Positions 15,791-30,794 are shown, numbered from the stretch's first letter. The stretch is DNA of 64,000 bases from Octopus sinensis (GCF_006345805.1 NC_043005.1:22506001-22570000), one strand, 5' to 3'. The notes: a model not told the origin generated them from the sequence alone. Program-made: numbers and translations.

Positions 15791-17956
15791 AACATGTGCA
15801 GTTTGAACGACTTGTGCCACTTTAAAAATATGTTATGTGCTTTTTGCATTACTTTCGTAAGAATTTTTCTATGTATGCATATAGAGCTAATTAGTTGTAT
15901 TCCAGCTGAGTAGCAATAACAGCAGCAGCAGCAACAACAAAACAAAACGAATGCATTAATAAACAAAACTGCTGATTATTGACTGATAGTGATTTCTGTC
16001 TGTATATTTCAATACTTTATCAAGCATCAGTTCAGATTTGTCAGCAAGGCGTGAAAATATATACATATGTTATGTAATAAAAAATGAAATATGGACAGAT
16101 AAAAATACGGAAGAGGATAAATCATGATAAATCTGATAAGCAAATCAAGAATTGCATTTTACAAAGTAGTTATGTAATCATCTTTATATGTCTAGTTACC
16201 TTTCTTTCTACCTTTTTTGTATTTTGTTTTTGCCAACACCTAATAATATTTGAGAAAGTGAGTCTGAATTATTGATCTCATCACGAAAACAGTGACAGAC
16301 ATTTAACTTGACACTGTTATTAAGATTGTAAACACATGCTCGTGATAAATAAGTACTTTATGATCCAGTTTAGTTAGCTGTGGTTATGTAATATGAGGAA
16401 GTGCAGTCGATTGTATTACAAATAGTGTTTCATTAGCATGCAGCTGTGTGTTCAATCCCATTTCACCGTTTTAGGGATGCTAGTTGGATATTGATGAAAA
16501 ATGTATTAGAAACGTTTATGTATTTGTTTTGTAAGATTTGTGAAGTGAAATCGTGTGTTAAAAGATATTGTTATATTTCGGGATGATAATTTAATTTTAT
16601 TTCTTTGGCAAAAGAAAAGATAAAAAATTACCATCTCGGACTGTAACAAAAGCTTTAGAAACTTTAATTAGATACAAAAATTCTTCTATGAAAGGATGTT
16701 TAGGTCCAAGATTATTAGTCGTAATTCATTCCCAAAGGAAAATTCTCGTTACCAAAGACAGCAGTAATGAAACGTCGACCTCATGTTTGCCTCGAACCCA
16801 GATGTATATCGGAGGATAAAAGGAAGCCACATACTTAAAAATATGTTGAAGCTTCCATGATAATAAAGTTCTTTTCGTTCAAGATTGCACTCTCGGTGTA
16901 TGAATGCCAGAAACAGCCACTATAAATATATTCTAACCTAAATCTATAACTAGAATTGAAACATGCACTCGCTCAAAAGGGTCATAATAAACCTTAATGT
17001 CATGATAAACCTTAAAAATTATGGGACAAGCATTGTTGCTCAAAAATACTTGAATCACTATACGGTTTACATTCTGTGGCATCTTAAAACGAAAAGAGAC
17101 GTATGTGTGAATTACGATGTCACGATAATTATTAAATCGAATTCTTAATATAAAAATTTGAAAACGTTCAAAATATCTTTAACTTCGAATAAGTAAATTC
17201 ATAATATAACTCTTCATACCAAAGTATATATAAAAAAACATATTTCACACTGCATGCAAATTACCATGATAATCTTTTCTACTCTAGGCACAAGGCCCGA
17301 AATTACCATGATAATAAAAAAAACTGGATTTATGATAAAGTTGAATCTATGCTATAATGGAAAAAGCTGCTTATTAATTAGGTAAGTAACAATTACTAAA
17401 AGTACTAAAAGAAATATTTTTATGAATTCATGTTCAAGGAAATTTCCTATAATTCCGATTTCTCAAGTTTATTGAATTTTTAATTCCAATTTCTCGCAAA
17501 TTTAAATATTCACTGCATCCAGTTCGTCAAAAATTTAAATATTCATTGCATTCAGTGCGGTGTATTCCATTTTCATTTGCAAAGTCACTCACTTTCTCTT
17601 TTAAGTTTTAATTCGCTATTAATGTATACGTAATGTAAAAACATTATTTATTGAATGAAAACTTTTAAAAATATACATAATTTTTAAATGCGGGATATCT
17701 GTGAGAGGAGTCTAGAAAGTCGGGTAATTACTGTTAGAAGACGAAGAGAAAAAAGCAAAAAATTACTGACAAGTACTCGAAACTTTCACTTTATTCACAG
17801 TTTCCAAACACAACTTCAACAGTGACACACACACGCATATACACACACACACAGACACACAACAATACACACTCGCGCATACACATAGACACACATAAAT
17901 GAAAGGCAATTAATGTGTGTGCGTCCGTGCGTGTGCGTATGCATGCGCGCGCGTGT

Positions 17957-18190
17957 TGTTCACTGACAAAATTTCGCGTTGCATCGCTTTTGTGAAGTAT
18001 TGTCAGTGAACAGGTCGTGGTTTGGAAGCGATGAGAATATTTTAATACATATGAAGTTTTAATGTTGAAGTGAAACTAACGGTATTTGTGTGTTCTTGAA
18101 TGGTTTACAAACATCTTCCGTGCTGAAATTGTTTTTGTTTTAGCACATGATTTCAGATCAAGTCACTTGCTATGCAAGTACATCTCCGTA
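17957..18190. repeat. Partial copy of a palindromic (foldback) repeat family
   Basis: 13-bp inverted repeat TGTTCACTGACAA (17957-17969) / TTGTCAGTGAACA (18000-18012). The right part (about 18090-18190) matches about 60655-60760. Confidence 0.65.
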
Positions 18191-21079
18191 ACTTTTTAAA
18201 AATCACTGTGGTTAAATGCCAGCAATGACCTTCTCAGGCTCTCCAATATTTTAATTTCTAAACAGGAACAATCAGGGGCAGGGAGTGGGGTTCATAATTT
18301 CTCAAATTTTATTTTTTATAGAATATAAATGTATTTATGGGGAAAAATACTGAAGAAATCAATATATGCGAGAATGATAAAGCGACAATGTGGGTTGTCT
18401 TTAGATGTGCCCCCAAAAAAAACAACAGCCAAATCGCCCTTAAATCACTTTTCCCTCTGAAAATATTAACAATTTAAAAACTTTTTTTTACCGAAAATGC
18501 TCTTCTCGTGGTTTTGAAGTGCAAAAAGAAAAAATGTTGGCCAAAATATGTCCAGAGTGGGATGATGAGGGAGTGTATAAAAAAAAGAGCTTTCAAAACC
18601 TTTTTCATACAAAGATGCTCCCCCAACCCCATCATTTCAAAGGCTGTGGTTAAAAAAAATATGGGGAAAATCCCCGAAACACTTTTCCCCACAAATTTCT
18701 TTATAATTGTAATCTATGCCATTTGAAAGGGATTTGTATAAATTTTCATTAAAAGATATCCATCTTCCTGAAAGTTATGAAGGAAAGAAGTCAGATTGTG
18801 TGAATTTTCTGAAACTCCTCTGTACACCTCCTCGCAAAAATTCTTTCCCATAAATCCCTATATATTCTGAAGCCACAGCATCTAAGCAGTATTTGTAGAA
18901 AATTTTGTTAAAAAGTATCCATTTTTCTGGATGTTATGAGGCAACAAAGTCGGGGGCGTATACATCTGTAGTAATGCCCTTTTATTTATACGATTTTTTC
19001 ATTTCATGTTTATTTCATTCATTGTTTGCAATGTTCTCTCTCTCTCTGTCACACGCACTACAAAGCTTACAGATGGGCTGCTGAATTGAAATCTTTATGT
19101 TGCTTTGAGAAGGTAAAAGTTGACAAACTGCTTCCCCCTCTGTTGTTGGACTACCGTGATGTTATGACTGTGATAAAATAATGAAAGCAATATTTACTAA
19201 GTGAGCACTATCATACAAAGAAATGATTAGACATAAAATACAAAAATTATTATAAATGGGAATCAAATGTGAAAATATTATGAAGTGGGTAGCAGAAAAT
19301 CGCCGGGAGGGCGGTCTTTCTACTAGTCTATATAACAGCGAAAGTACGAAACTGAAATGATTATAAGCAAAGATAATTCACATTATGATACACATACTAA
19401 TGGAACAGTTATGTGAATTAAACAAATTATTACTAAATTATTTTTGATTGATTACTTGTAAATGTAGAAAAATTATCATTCATAGATTGAATTATTGCGT
19501 AAAGATGACATTAGTATTTGTACACAATTGTTTTGTTAAAATTGAGTATACGATAATTTAACTTAATTAACTTTTAATATAACTTAATTTCGATGAACTA
19601 AACAAATTTCATGTGATAAAAGGATGCCACAGAAAGTACAATGTATGGTGATTCCAGTATTTTTGATCTACAATGCTAGTCTCATACTTTTTAAGGTTTA
19701 TTATGACATTCTGTAATCCTTTTAAGTGTGCGCATTTTTCAGTTCTAGTTGCGTACTTTTTAAGGCAAGGCTTGTAATATTTTATATATGTACCGTATTT
19801 CTCCTAATGGTGTAGCAACCTCTAATAAATTGACACCCAAGCACCGATTAATTGAAATAGTGTGACTGTCACAATATTAAAAAATGTACGATAAAATTGA
19901 TAATAATTGTATTTGTTTATTATCATACAGAGAGGTACTGAACAGCAGCTAGCATACTATAAGCTGTACTATAAAGAAATGCATTATAAAAAATATTAAT
20001 AATATCAATTTTTAGAAAATCATTAGCAAAATCTAAAACGACATACCAAGCAACGAAAAGAAGGCGAAATGAGTAACATAAAATTCTCGAAAACAGCTGC
20101 ATGCCAAACTATGACTCATTGGTTGATGATTGAAAATTAACCTATAAAACGCGATCACCACGCAAACGGCTACAGCCCCATTACACTTTCATTCGCAACC
20201 TAGGAATATCTTGTCAGACACACAGTAGAGTCGACATTAACATTCTGTTGTCGGTCACTGCGTGCCTGACAGATATACCCAATCAAACGATAACTCAAAA
20301 AAGTTGCTGAGGTCAGTTGTATGTACTTGAAATTCCATATCTCATAACCTTTTCCTATCATTTATCTTATCCACATTTGAATACCAAAGTCTGCTTGTAT
20401 ATTAAATTCTAGTAATATCACCATTATCGTAGGGCAGTTGATCTGGAACCATGATGATGGATTAATCAATTGTCAGAGTTAAGCTCTTGAGAACTCACTT
20501 CAAGTAACCAAATGTAAAAGAACTATTGATGCGAAAGACGAAGAATGCGTCGTTCGTGCTAATGCGCATTCAATGATACACTACAATACGAAAGTTGTTC
20601 AATGAACACGGCTGGAAGTGACGCAGCGTGACGACAAGCTTCGATCTTTGGCAAACTGCAGCGGGTGCGTGTAATCTGATTTCAAGCTGCTATATGTGAT
20701 ACTTCAGTAAAACTTTCACGAAATGTTCGCGAAGATGTTGGATTTCGTGTTTACTTTAATGGCCGTCCGTAACTACGTCGAATTCAAGACTTATTCGCTA
20801 CTGTTGTCCACCAATCAGATGGTTTGGGTGAGTATTTATTGCAGCTGACAACAAAGTGGAAACGTTACAAGACTTGTGAGGTGAGGTGTCAGAACTTTGC
20901 TGACGAATGTTTAGGACGAGAATGATATAATAGTCGATTTTAGGTCAAAAACTCTATTCAAAGATTTTGGTAATAATGCTCGCCAAATGTACGAAAGAGT
21001 CGGCATCGGCTAAACGATTTCATTCTTGTCTTTCTGAAACTGGATCACAACAATGTGCATTGGTTTCTATTCTGTAGTC

Positions 21080-24000
21080 AAACTAAACAAATGAATCAAT
21101 TGGATTCGTTTCACAACCGGCGCGGAACCACCTGGGATTCTCTTCTTTCTCTTCTGCATATTTTAGTGTTGCAACCATTGCTATAGGGTTCACAAATTTT
21201 GAGTGGTATACTTCTCGAACTGAAACATAAGACAGTCGTATCTGCATATGCGACGAAATCTCTGCCATGGTGTCGGACACATCTGAACTCATGATGCTCG
21301 TGATCATTCTAGAAATGTACTAGGCATTACAAGAGTAAACATGAACTCATTCAAGACAGCAGGCTTCCAGCTCAACTCAGCACACTGAAAAGAATGTCCA
21401 TGCTGAATATCGGCGGCTTCTGTTATTCGAACAACGTTCCAGTTCAAGTGAAGAAAAACTAGGGAAAGGATGCGAGCAAGGTAGCCAGGTTCACACAAAA
21501 ATCAGATGAAAGAAAGCTGTCCCTGAGATGTAGGTAGAAGTGACTGATATCTATATTCACTTCTGTAATATGCTACCGCTAACTTTCGTGCTGTTCGTTA
21601 GGAAACATCTGACTAGACCGGGATTAGTTCCGCTGGTTACAAAGTGCACTTGCTGGCAAAAACCACTTCAAGGGAGATTTGAGATGTTATAGTCAACTAT
21701 AACATCTCAATATACATACATTCACCGAGACTACAGATCTACAGAGAATCTGGAACACCTCTACAAAAATTACGAACGCGATGAAACGAATACCAGGATG
21801 TGACAGAGAATGCAGGGCAGAAAAAATTTCACGATGATGCTTCTGCGGTAGATAAGGGCGTTGGTGACCGGTGGAGATATCTCACCAAATATGGGCTATG
21901 GATGATGGTACCGGAACTTGCTGAAATTTGAGAGATGACGAATTTCGGAGATTTAGAAGTTCTTCGTCATTCTCCTGGTCAGCTACTATACGTGGAAGGT
22001 CAATTGTGGCAGTGGTGTGGATTGCATTGATCTGCATGCGTGATAGTGTATTGGCTGCTGAGTTGGTCGACCTTTTGATGTGGCGTATATCTGTCGTGTA
22101 CTGCGATTTGAAGTCGAGGTGGCGGACTTCTCGCGGCGAGTGACGATCAGGTTTGGTATTAAAGGCGTACACTAGTGGCTTGTGGTCGGTGTATATGGCA
22201 AAATTGCTACCTTCTAGCAGGTGTCGGAAATGCTTAACAGCCAGGTATGCCGCTAATAATTCCCGACTGAAAGTGCTGTATTTCGTTTCAGCGGGTTTTA
22301 ACCGCTTAGAAAAGAAAGACAACGGTTGCTATATGTCGTCAACGAGCTGTTGTAGCACACCTCCAGCTCCAGAATCGGATGCATCACTTGTACACACAGT
22401 GGGGAGTCTGGTTTGGGATACACCAGCATGGTAGCGTTAGAAAACATTTTTTTCAAGGCAGCGAAAGAGGTAAGTTGTCCTTCACTCAGGGCAATGTTTG
22501 TATTTTTGCATGTTCGCTGTCGCAGCATATTCGTGAGAGGCTGTGCTGTCTCTGAACAGTGGGGTAAAAATCTGTAAAAAATTACCAAGCCAAGAAATTC
22601 TCGCAATTTGCGGAGAAATTTGGGTGGTGGAAAATCCACGATGGCTTTGACTTTCTCGAGAAATGGGCGAATGACATCCTTATCGACGATGTGTCCGAGA
22701 AAATGAAGTAACTCCGAACGAACACTTGCTGGGGTTGATAACAATACCGTATTTGCGCAGGCTTTCGAATAGCAGGTGCAGGTGTTGATCATGCTCTTCG
22801 TCTGAGCTACTGGCCACAAGCACATCGTCTATGTATGCATAGACGAAAGGCAAACCTCTGATAACTGTGTCTATTAACCGTTAGAATGTATGTGCCGCGT
22901 TGCGTAAACCGAAAAGCATACACAGGAATTCAAACATTCCGAAGGGTGTCGTGACTGCTGTCTTCGGAATATGCGCAGGTTCCACAGGGATTTGATTGTA
23001 AGCTCGCACAGGGTCGATCTCTAAAAAGACGCGAGCTCCATGCAGCAAGCTAGAAAAGTCCTGTAGATTTGGAACAGGATATGCATCAGATACAGTGCAG
23101 TTATTTAGCGATAGATAATCACCGCAAACTCGCCAATCGGTTGAAGACTTTTTAGGAACGCAGTGTATTGGCGAGGACCAGTTGCTGCTAGACCGGCGGA
23201 TGATTCCGAGGTCGAGCATGTGCTGGAATTCTTGTTTGACAGCTTTGAGACGATCTGGTGGTAACCTTCGAGGTTGTGCAGCAACAGGTGGACCGCTGGT
23301 CGTGATGTGGTGGATGATTTCATGTTTTATAGGTTTACTATGGAATACTGGTCGAGCGACGACCGGCTATTCTTTAAGGATAGTACTGTGACGGGTTGTC
23401 GTTGTTTGCAAAATAGCTGGGCTGACTGTGGCCATACGAGCGGTTATACCCCGCACAGTAAGCTGAGTGGTGCTGTCGACAAGTCTTCTGTACTAGGAGA
23501 CCGAAATGATGAAGGAAATCGGCTCCTAAGATAGCGATGACGAAAACCCACTGGAAGGTACGGCGTAGTCCTAAGTTCAGTGTTAGAATCGGCAAGTGGT
23601 TGACTGCCTGAAGGCAGACTGGTGTCTCTTTTCTTTTACCTGAAGTGCAGGAAACAGGGATTATGCTGACGTCCGCGCCAGTGTCAACAAGGAAACGCAT
23701 GCTTGTTATACGATCGCAAACGAAAAACAGGCGATTTTGTGGGTGAGAGCCAGGAACTTCCATCGTGTTCAATTCCTGGCTGTGTCGTTTCCCGAATGGG
23801 ATGCTGAAAACGAACAAGGGATCGTCCATTTCTGCGCCCGTGTTCCGAACTTTCGGTGGTACCAAGTTTCCTGCGAGTTACTGGTGGCACTTGGGCTTCG
23901 GAACCGTCTACCGAATCGACGCGATCGGCTGTTACTTCGACGCGGTGTACCAAGCGATAGGACTTGTATCTGTGTTGTCAGGGCCTGTATCTGCGATACC

Positions 24001-24890
24001 TGCTGCGTTATCAATGAGCGCAAGCCCGAAATTTCGGAAGCACTGGTGACGGAAAGGAAAGGATTTGTAGGGGGTCACCGTCGATATCGTTGAATATCTA
24101 TGCTGTACCTCGGCAATTTTGTCAGCTAGCTCCACCAGTTCCTCAATGGAAGTGGATTCTTGTGCGGAAGTGACTATCACCTGCGTGTTGGAGGGCAGAC
24201 ACTGGAAAAAAAAATGCTTAAAAATCTTTTTGGGGAGAATCTCATCTCCAAAAAGCTATTTCATTCTTCGTAGAAGCTGAGAAGGCGTTCTATCACCTAA
24301 TTCTTCTGACGTAAGGAGCTGTTGGAGTCACTTTTGTTGGGACTCTGAAGTCCTGTTGATCAGGGTGGTTTTAAAAGTGTCATATGACACACAACCGGAT
24401 GGTGCCATAATGAGATCACGGACTACGCTCATGATCTCTGGCGACAGGGAACCAATCAAGTGCGTAAGGCGAGACGCATCGTTCACTATTCGGCTGGAAG
24501 AAACTGGGCCTCGATATGGTGAAATCATACTGCAGGGTCGTGCGTCCAAAATGGTGGAATCCTGAACGTAATCGCTGCCTGGTATGCCATGTTGACCGTA
24601 GATGTGTTCGCCACTGGGTTGTGTTCTGATAGAGCCATTGTGTGACGATTAATCGCAGCAATTTTTCAGTTCTGATTTAGCGACAGGTGAAATGAAGGCT
24701 GTCATTCTTAGTCAGGGTCTCCAAATGTAGTGGGAAAGGTGTAGCAAAAGATGTTGGGGTTGCAGATGAAATAAGCATGTGGACGACGTCAAAGTAAAAC
24801 AATAGGAAAACATCGGATTGTAGTTTAAATAATTTATTTAAACGACACTTGCATTTACTTGTATACATCAAAAATCTCACTACATGACAT
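21080..24890 (-). mobile_element. Degenerate Ty3/Gypsy LTR retrotransposon internal region (gag, PR, RT, RNase H, integrase)
   Basis: gag SRLTHLIGSLSPE...SESQQK. Protease FLVDTGADVS. RT SNWSSPIHCV, WRVCGDY, FEFLCMLFGLRNAA. RNase H KYSTFSRELLAAY, YTDHKPL. Integrase zinc region LHSLSHPGI. No paired LTRs found. Confidence 0.92.
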
Positions 24891-25619
24891 TACCAACTTA
24901 CTTCGAGCTGGCCAAGTAGAAATTAACAGGGTAAATACTGAGTCAATATGATGAGGTAGAACCAGACATGTTTTGTATCTGTGTGTGCGTTGGTCATTCA
25001 GTGGTGTCTGTTTATGTTCTGCGTCTGCTACTGTGTAGGGTCGTTCATGCTGAATATCTGGTTCTCTATTGCCTGCTTAACTGGCGAAGTTACTTTCTGG
25101 CCGTCTCGCCTCTGACTATCTCTCTCTCCCTGCCTTCCCTTGACGGTTTGCAATATTTATAATGGTCTTGACAGCTAGAAGGACAGACATACCACATGAG
25201 AAATTCCTACATATGTAGGTCGCCTCCTGTCCACTTGAACCTTACATGACACGGCTGAGGTTGAAGGTCAAAGGGGAACCATCCTTCATTTTTTTGACAG
25301 GACAAAAAAATTTCTTTTGCGCCTGTTTGGTCAGTGGTGGTCAGACGAGCGAGAAGTCTTAGATTCGGTTTCGAATCTCAGCGCGGAAAAAGGAAATGTT
25401 AGTTTTTACATAGTGAAACTTTTAGTTCTCATTAGCCGAGTGCATATCTAAAATGGTTTTAGTCAACCATGAAGTTGTTTTTGATGAATCAGGAGTGAAG
25501 TACATGCGTTGCCAGGGTTAATTTACGATAAATATTGATATCAACCATGAGAGAAATGCCTGCAGTAACGACAGTAGAGTGTTTTGTACATAATAAATAA
25601 AAATAAATGTTTCCTTCTC

Positions 25620-25840
25620 AAGCCATCCCAGGCTCATGAGGGTCAGTTTCAATGACGTATATATTCCCCACCTGGACGGGACCCCAATCCATCGCAGGAT
25701 TACTCATTCTTGCCAGCTGAGTGAACTGGAGCAACGTGAAATGAAGTGTTTTGCTCAAGAACACAACGCGTCGCCCGGTTCAGGAATCGAAATCAAAATC
25801 ATGTGTCCAACACCCTAACCACTAAGCCACGCGCCTCCAC
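25620..25840 (-). mobile_element. tRNA-derived SINE, family C
   Basis: Reverse complement of the copy at 61187-61435. Head GGAGGCGCGTGGCTTAGTGG with A/B-box-like motifs; body has GCGATGGA(C/T)TGG..CCCGTCCAG. Confidence 0.8.
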
Positions 25841-26139
25841 TGTTTTGTACATAACATCCAATATATTACTATACTGAAAATTATGAAGTCAGATATCCTA
25901 TCGGATTAGATAGTGTACCACTTATCGGTAGGTCGAGTGTTGAAATCAACTTCAGAGATACAATTAAGGGAACTCAACCAGTCATAAAGTCTGAGAGGTA
26001 GCAGGTGTGGTGGGATATGTGAATGTATGGTGACAAATATATTGAGTGATCCTCCTTCAGTTATTGTCATAACTATATTTATATTTAACAATTACAAGCG
26101 TTAATAAATATGCACACACATACACGTTTGTATGTAAGC

Positions 26140-26750
<611 letters not shown>

Positions 26751-27751
26751 ACATTACATAGAGAAATGCCAGCAAGAGAAATAATACTCTTAAGATTATT
26801 ATTTGGAAATGTACAGGACAAATTATTGCACTTGGAAAAATTTAGGCTAAGTTATTACATCTGGTGAAGTACAGAACAAGACAATTTTTTACTTAAAATA
26901 TTGCAACTAAGGATTCAAACACAATATTTAGATTTAGAAGATATTAGCTTTTATTAAAACTAAAAAAAATATTACAATTTATTACTTCTATTTGTTATTA
27001 CTTGTTACTTCCATTAAAAATTAAAAGTAACTCCAAAAAATTCATTTTTTAAATTATTATTTAATTATTAAAAATTTGAAAATAGGTTATAAAAAGTAAG
27101 AGTAATACATAGTTAGTACAATAAATATAATAATACAAAAATTAGTTAGATATTACAGTAAAATCTACCTATAACAAATTCACAGTAAAATTTGCTCGAG
27201 TTATTGCCTAAGGTATTGCTAAGTCTTCACATTTTTAGTCCTGAACAATGCCTATTTTTACATAATGAATTTGCCTACAGTATATACTATTCTACTTTGC
27301 ATAAAACTTTAGCTATATTTGTACTTCTGGCTCTGATTTTTAAGTATTCTAGTGTACCGATATTTTAAAAAAATTATGGTACCTTTTTAAATTATAATGT
27401 TACTTTGAAAATTAAAATCAAATAATTTATAATATTCAATAACTGCAATATTTTAAGTAAAACTTTTCATGCTTTGTACTAAAAATAGCCAAGCAACTAC
27501 TACTTCTATCCACAGGAATGTATATAAAGGACAAAATTTAACCAGTCAACCACAGTTGAAACCAATGATCAGAACTGTCACCACCAATGAACCAAAAGAT
27601 TGTGTAAATGCAAGAAAGTATACCAGTTCAATAAGAATGAACACTTAATATTTCATTTGTTCAATAAGAATAGACAATTAATATTTCATTTCATTTCTTT
27701 TTACTATATTATTTTATATCTCATATTAATATTAGAAGATTATAAATAAAA

Positions 27752-28145
27752 GGCGCAGGAGTGGCTGTGTGGTAAGTAGCTTGCTTACCAACCACATGGT
27801 TCCGGGTTCAGTCCCACTGCGTGGCCCTTGGCCAAGTGTCTTCTACTATAGCCTCGGGCTGACCAAAGCCTTGTGAGGTAGACGGAAACTGAAAGAAGCC
27901 CGTCGTATATATGTATATGTGTATATGTGTGTGTATGTTTGTGTGTCTGTGTTTGTCCCCCTAGCATTGCTTGACAACCGATGCTGATGTGTTTATGTCC
28001 CCGTTACTTAGCGGTTCGGCAAAAGAGACAGATAGAATAAGTACTGGGCTTACAAAGAATAAGTCCCGGGGTCGATTTGCTCGACTAAAGGCGGTGCTCC
28101 AGCATGGCCGCAGTAAAATGACTGAAACAAGTAAAAGAGTAAAAT
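27752..28145 (+). mobile_element. tRNA-derived SINE, family A (full length)
   Basis: A-box-like TGGCTGTGTGG and B-box-like GGTTCAGTCCC, internal (TA/TG)n, AAGAGT-repeat tail. Nearly identical to 31888-32277. Confidence 0.88.
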
Positions 28146-28270
28146 GTGAAAAACAGAGTTGGAATCTCTTTGAATATATATATATATATATATGTGTGTG
28201 TATGTGTGTGTGTGTATGTGTATATATATATGTATATATATATATATATATGTATATATTTATATGTATG

Positions 28271-28301
<31 letters not shown>

Positions 28302-28373
28302 ACACATATACATATATAGATATACATATACATATATACACACATATACATATACATATATACACACATATAC

Positions 28374-28440
<67 letters not shown>

Positions 28441-28448
<8 letters not shown>

Positions 28449-28513
28449 GTGAATTGAAGAAATGGAGCTGAACGCAGATTGAACAGCTCCATTTCTTCAA
28501 TTCACCAATAATA
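28441..28513. repeat. Perfect 30-bp inverted repeat with 13-nt loop
   Basis: tattattggtgaattgaagaaatggagctg / cagctccatttcttcaattcaccaataata. Confidence 0.95.
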
Positions 28514-28642
28514 TTTTAATTTCAATTATCCGCACCAACGCACGGTTGCAACACCATATGGTTGTACCTCCAACCGTGCTGTTTACTGCTGGGATTTTTG
28601 CTACCAAGGTATCGGTTAAACTTTTGATTAATCTACTACAAG

Positions 28643-28681
<39 letters not shown>

Positions 28682-28962
28682 TATTAAATTTCTAAATATC
28701 TCAAAGAGATATGAGCGGTGGTGGAGCGATAGAGTGGTTGTATACTGTCAACTTAACGTGACAGTCCCGTAAAGGGTAACACACCACCACTATTTAGCCC
28801 TAGGATGCATCCACGCTTCCTGTCGGCTTTGACACATTTCCTGTGTCCTTATATTTGCGAAGGAGAGACAAGCACCCCCACCAGCTAGGGCCTGCACCTA
28901 GAGACATGCATGTTTCTGAGTCTTCTCGTCACCAGTCTAGGGTAGCAAGTCCTGCTAGTTGA

Positions 28963-30662
28963 TGATTTTTTATTAACCATAAAAGGTCTTACATAGAGGG
29001 GACACTACAACACATTGGGAACATAAAACATAAAAAAATCATTGTATGATAAAATGAGAAAAAAGGTCAAATAATGAGAGATGAAAGTGATGTTAACTGC
29101 TCCATCAGTCAACATCACTTACCTTTTTATTCCTATTTTACCGCGAAAACCACAAAGTCTACAAATTCAACCTCGTATATTTCTTCTAGTTTATTCCTCT
29201 TTTCCGGTGCCAGTGTTCCTCTTTTTAACATATATTCATCCTCAAGTTCCTTTTCAAGTTCCTCAACCTGATTTTTTGACAATACTATTTCCATTTTCTG
29301 ATGCCAGCCATCTGGCATTTCTATCTTTCCCCATATTTTCAATCTTTCATATAAATGTTTGTTGTCAATAATACCTGTACAATATTTTTCAGAGTGGGGG
29401 TTTTGTGCTATCGTTTGTTTGTCTGTTTTCTATTTTCTTGTTGCTGGGGAGTGGGTGGAATTAGTGTGTGCAGGGACGGGGTGGGACACAGTGGGTGAGG
29501 GTGGTGCTGGGGTGGGTTGGGGTTCACAGTTACTTGCCTTTTTTCTTTTCCGCTGTTTTCTTTTTCCTGGGGTTTCCCACTCTTTTCCGTCTTCCTTCAC
29601 TCGACTCTCCTTTTCTTCTGTTTCCTTCTGGGGTGCTACCGTTTCCATTGCTGTTTCCTTGGTTATCTGTTCCACTGTCGTATTGCAGTTTGCTCTTATG
29701 TGGCCTTTCAGACCACATCTATAACAACGAGGGGCTCTGCCCTCCACACATACTTTCATCGTTATATCACTTGTCGTAATCGACTCCGACAAACTTTGTA
29801 GGGTTTCCATTTCTGCCTGGACGCCCATTTCCAGCGTCGCTCCTATCCATCCTTTATCTTCTGTTATAGTCGCTTGGACTATGTCGACCTTATCTTCATT
29901 ACCGCAGATAACCGCTGCTATTACTAATTCTGCTTCGATATTCGGTGGCATTCCCTCCACCCTAATTCTTCATGTTCTTCTCCCCAGATGAGTGGGTAGA
30001 AGTATTATTTTCCCATTTTTTATCGTCTTTGTAGCCATTCTTCCGCAGTTTCCTCATTTATATACTGCACCACCACTGTGGCATACTTATTTCCTCTTGC
30101 GAGGAATACTATTTCTTCCTCTGTTGTTCTTAAGGCCTCCTCTATCATTTCCATGTTTATTATATCTGTGCTGTTCTTGTCGTTTGCTAATACTCTGTAT
30201 ATTATTTTCTTTTTTTCCATTTTACTTTTTTTCCTGTTGGGCAGCAACAACTCCACCTCTCCATTCACTCTTTTTAATATGTCCTGGCATTCCGGTAATT
30301 TTGCCAGATTTATTTCTTTTTCCACCGGCTTCGCTGCACCTGCGTATGTCCTTTTCTGTTGTATCATGTCCATTATTTCTACCGCTTCCACCAATTCTTC
30401 TTCGGAAGACGACATGTCCGACTCGCTGAACATTCTTGTTTCCTCCATTCTTCCTCTTAATGCGGAAAAACTCATTTTCCCTCGTCTGTCTCACACAGAC
30501 AGACTAAATTCTCCAGTGAAAAACAATAAAGACAAGTAATCCTTATGACTCAAAGCGACTTTTCCGACTTCCCAAGAGAACCGAACGTGTAACGCCGTTT
30601 TTACAACAGCATAACGTTTTCACCGCACGAACTTTAAAAAAAAACGTCTGAACGACACAAGA
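28963..30662 (-). mobile_element. ORF1-only L1/Tx1-like non-autonomous retroelement with 12-bp target-site duplication
   Basis: TSD CCTGCTAGTTGA at 28951-28962 and 30663-30674. ORF1-like frame 30475-29133 with a CYRCGLKGHIRANC zinc knuckle, one frameshift and two internal stops. Ends in AATAAAAAA. No ORF2 between the TSDs. Confidence 0.8.
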
Positions 30663-30794
30663 CCTGCTAGTTGAGATGTTTGCCAAGCCTCCGCAAACAT
30701 ATATATTTTCAGTGAAATCTATTCACTGATCACCAAAATTAGAAATATTACTTGTATCATATCATATCATATTTCATATCATATATCGTATTAG

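Noticed and set aside
20440-21060. CpG-containing block with a CCAAT box and a GTGAGT donor-like site
   Set aside because: It could be a promoter or a decayed transposon, but no termini, ORF or second copy support either reading.
24819-25215. Candidate LTR(s) for the minus-strand Gypsy (TGTA...TACA at 24884-24819, and an LTR-like block up to 25215)
   Set aside because: No matching second copy near 20400-21100, and no clear PBS or PPT.
27752-27830. tRNA genes at SINE heads
   Set aside because: A/B-box-like motifs are present, but no full cloverleaf, and they continue into SINE bodies.
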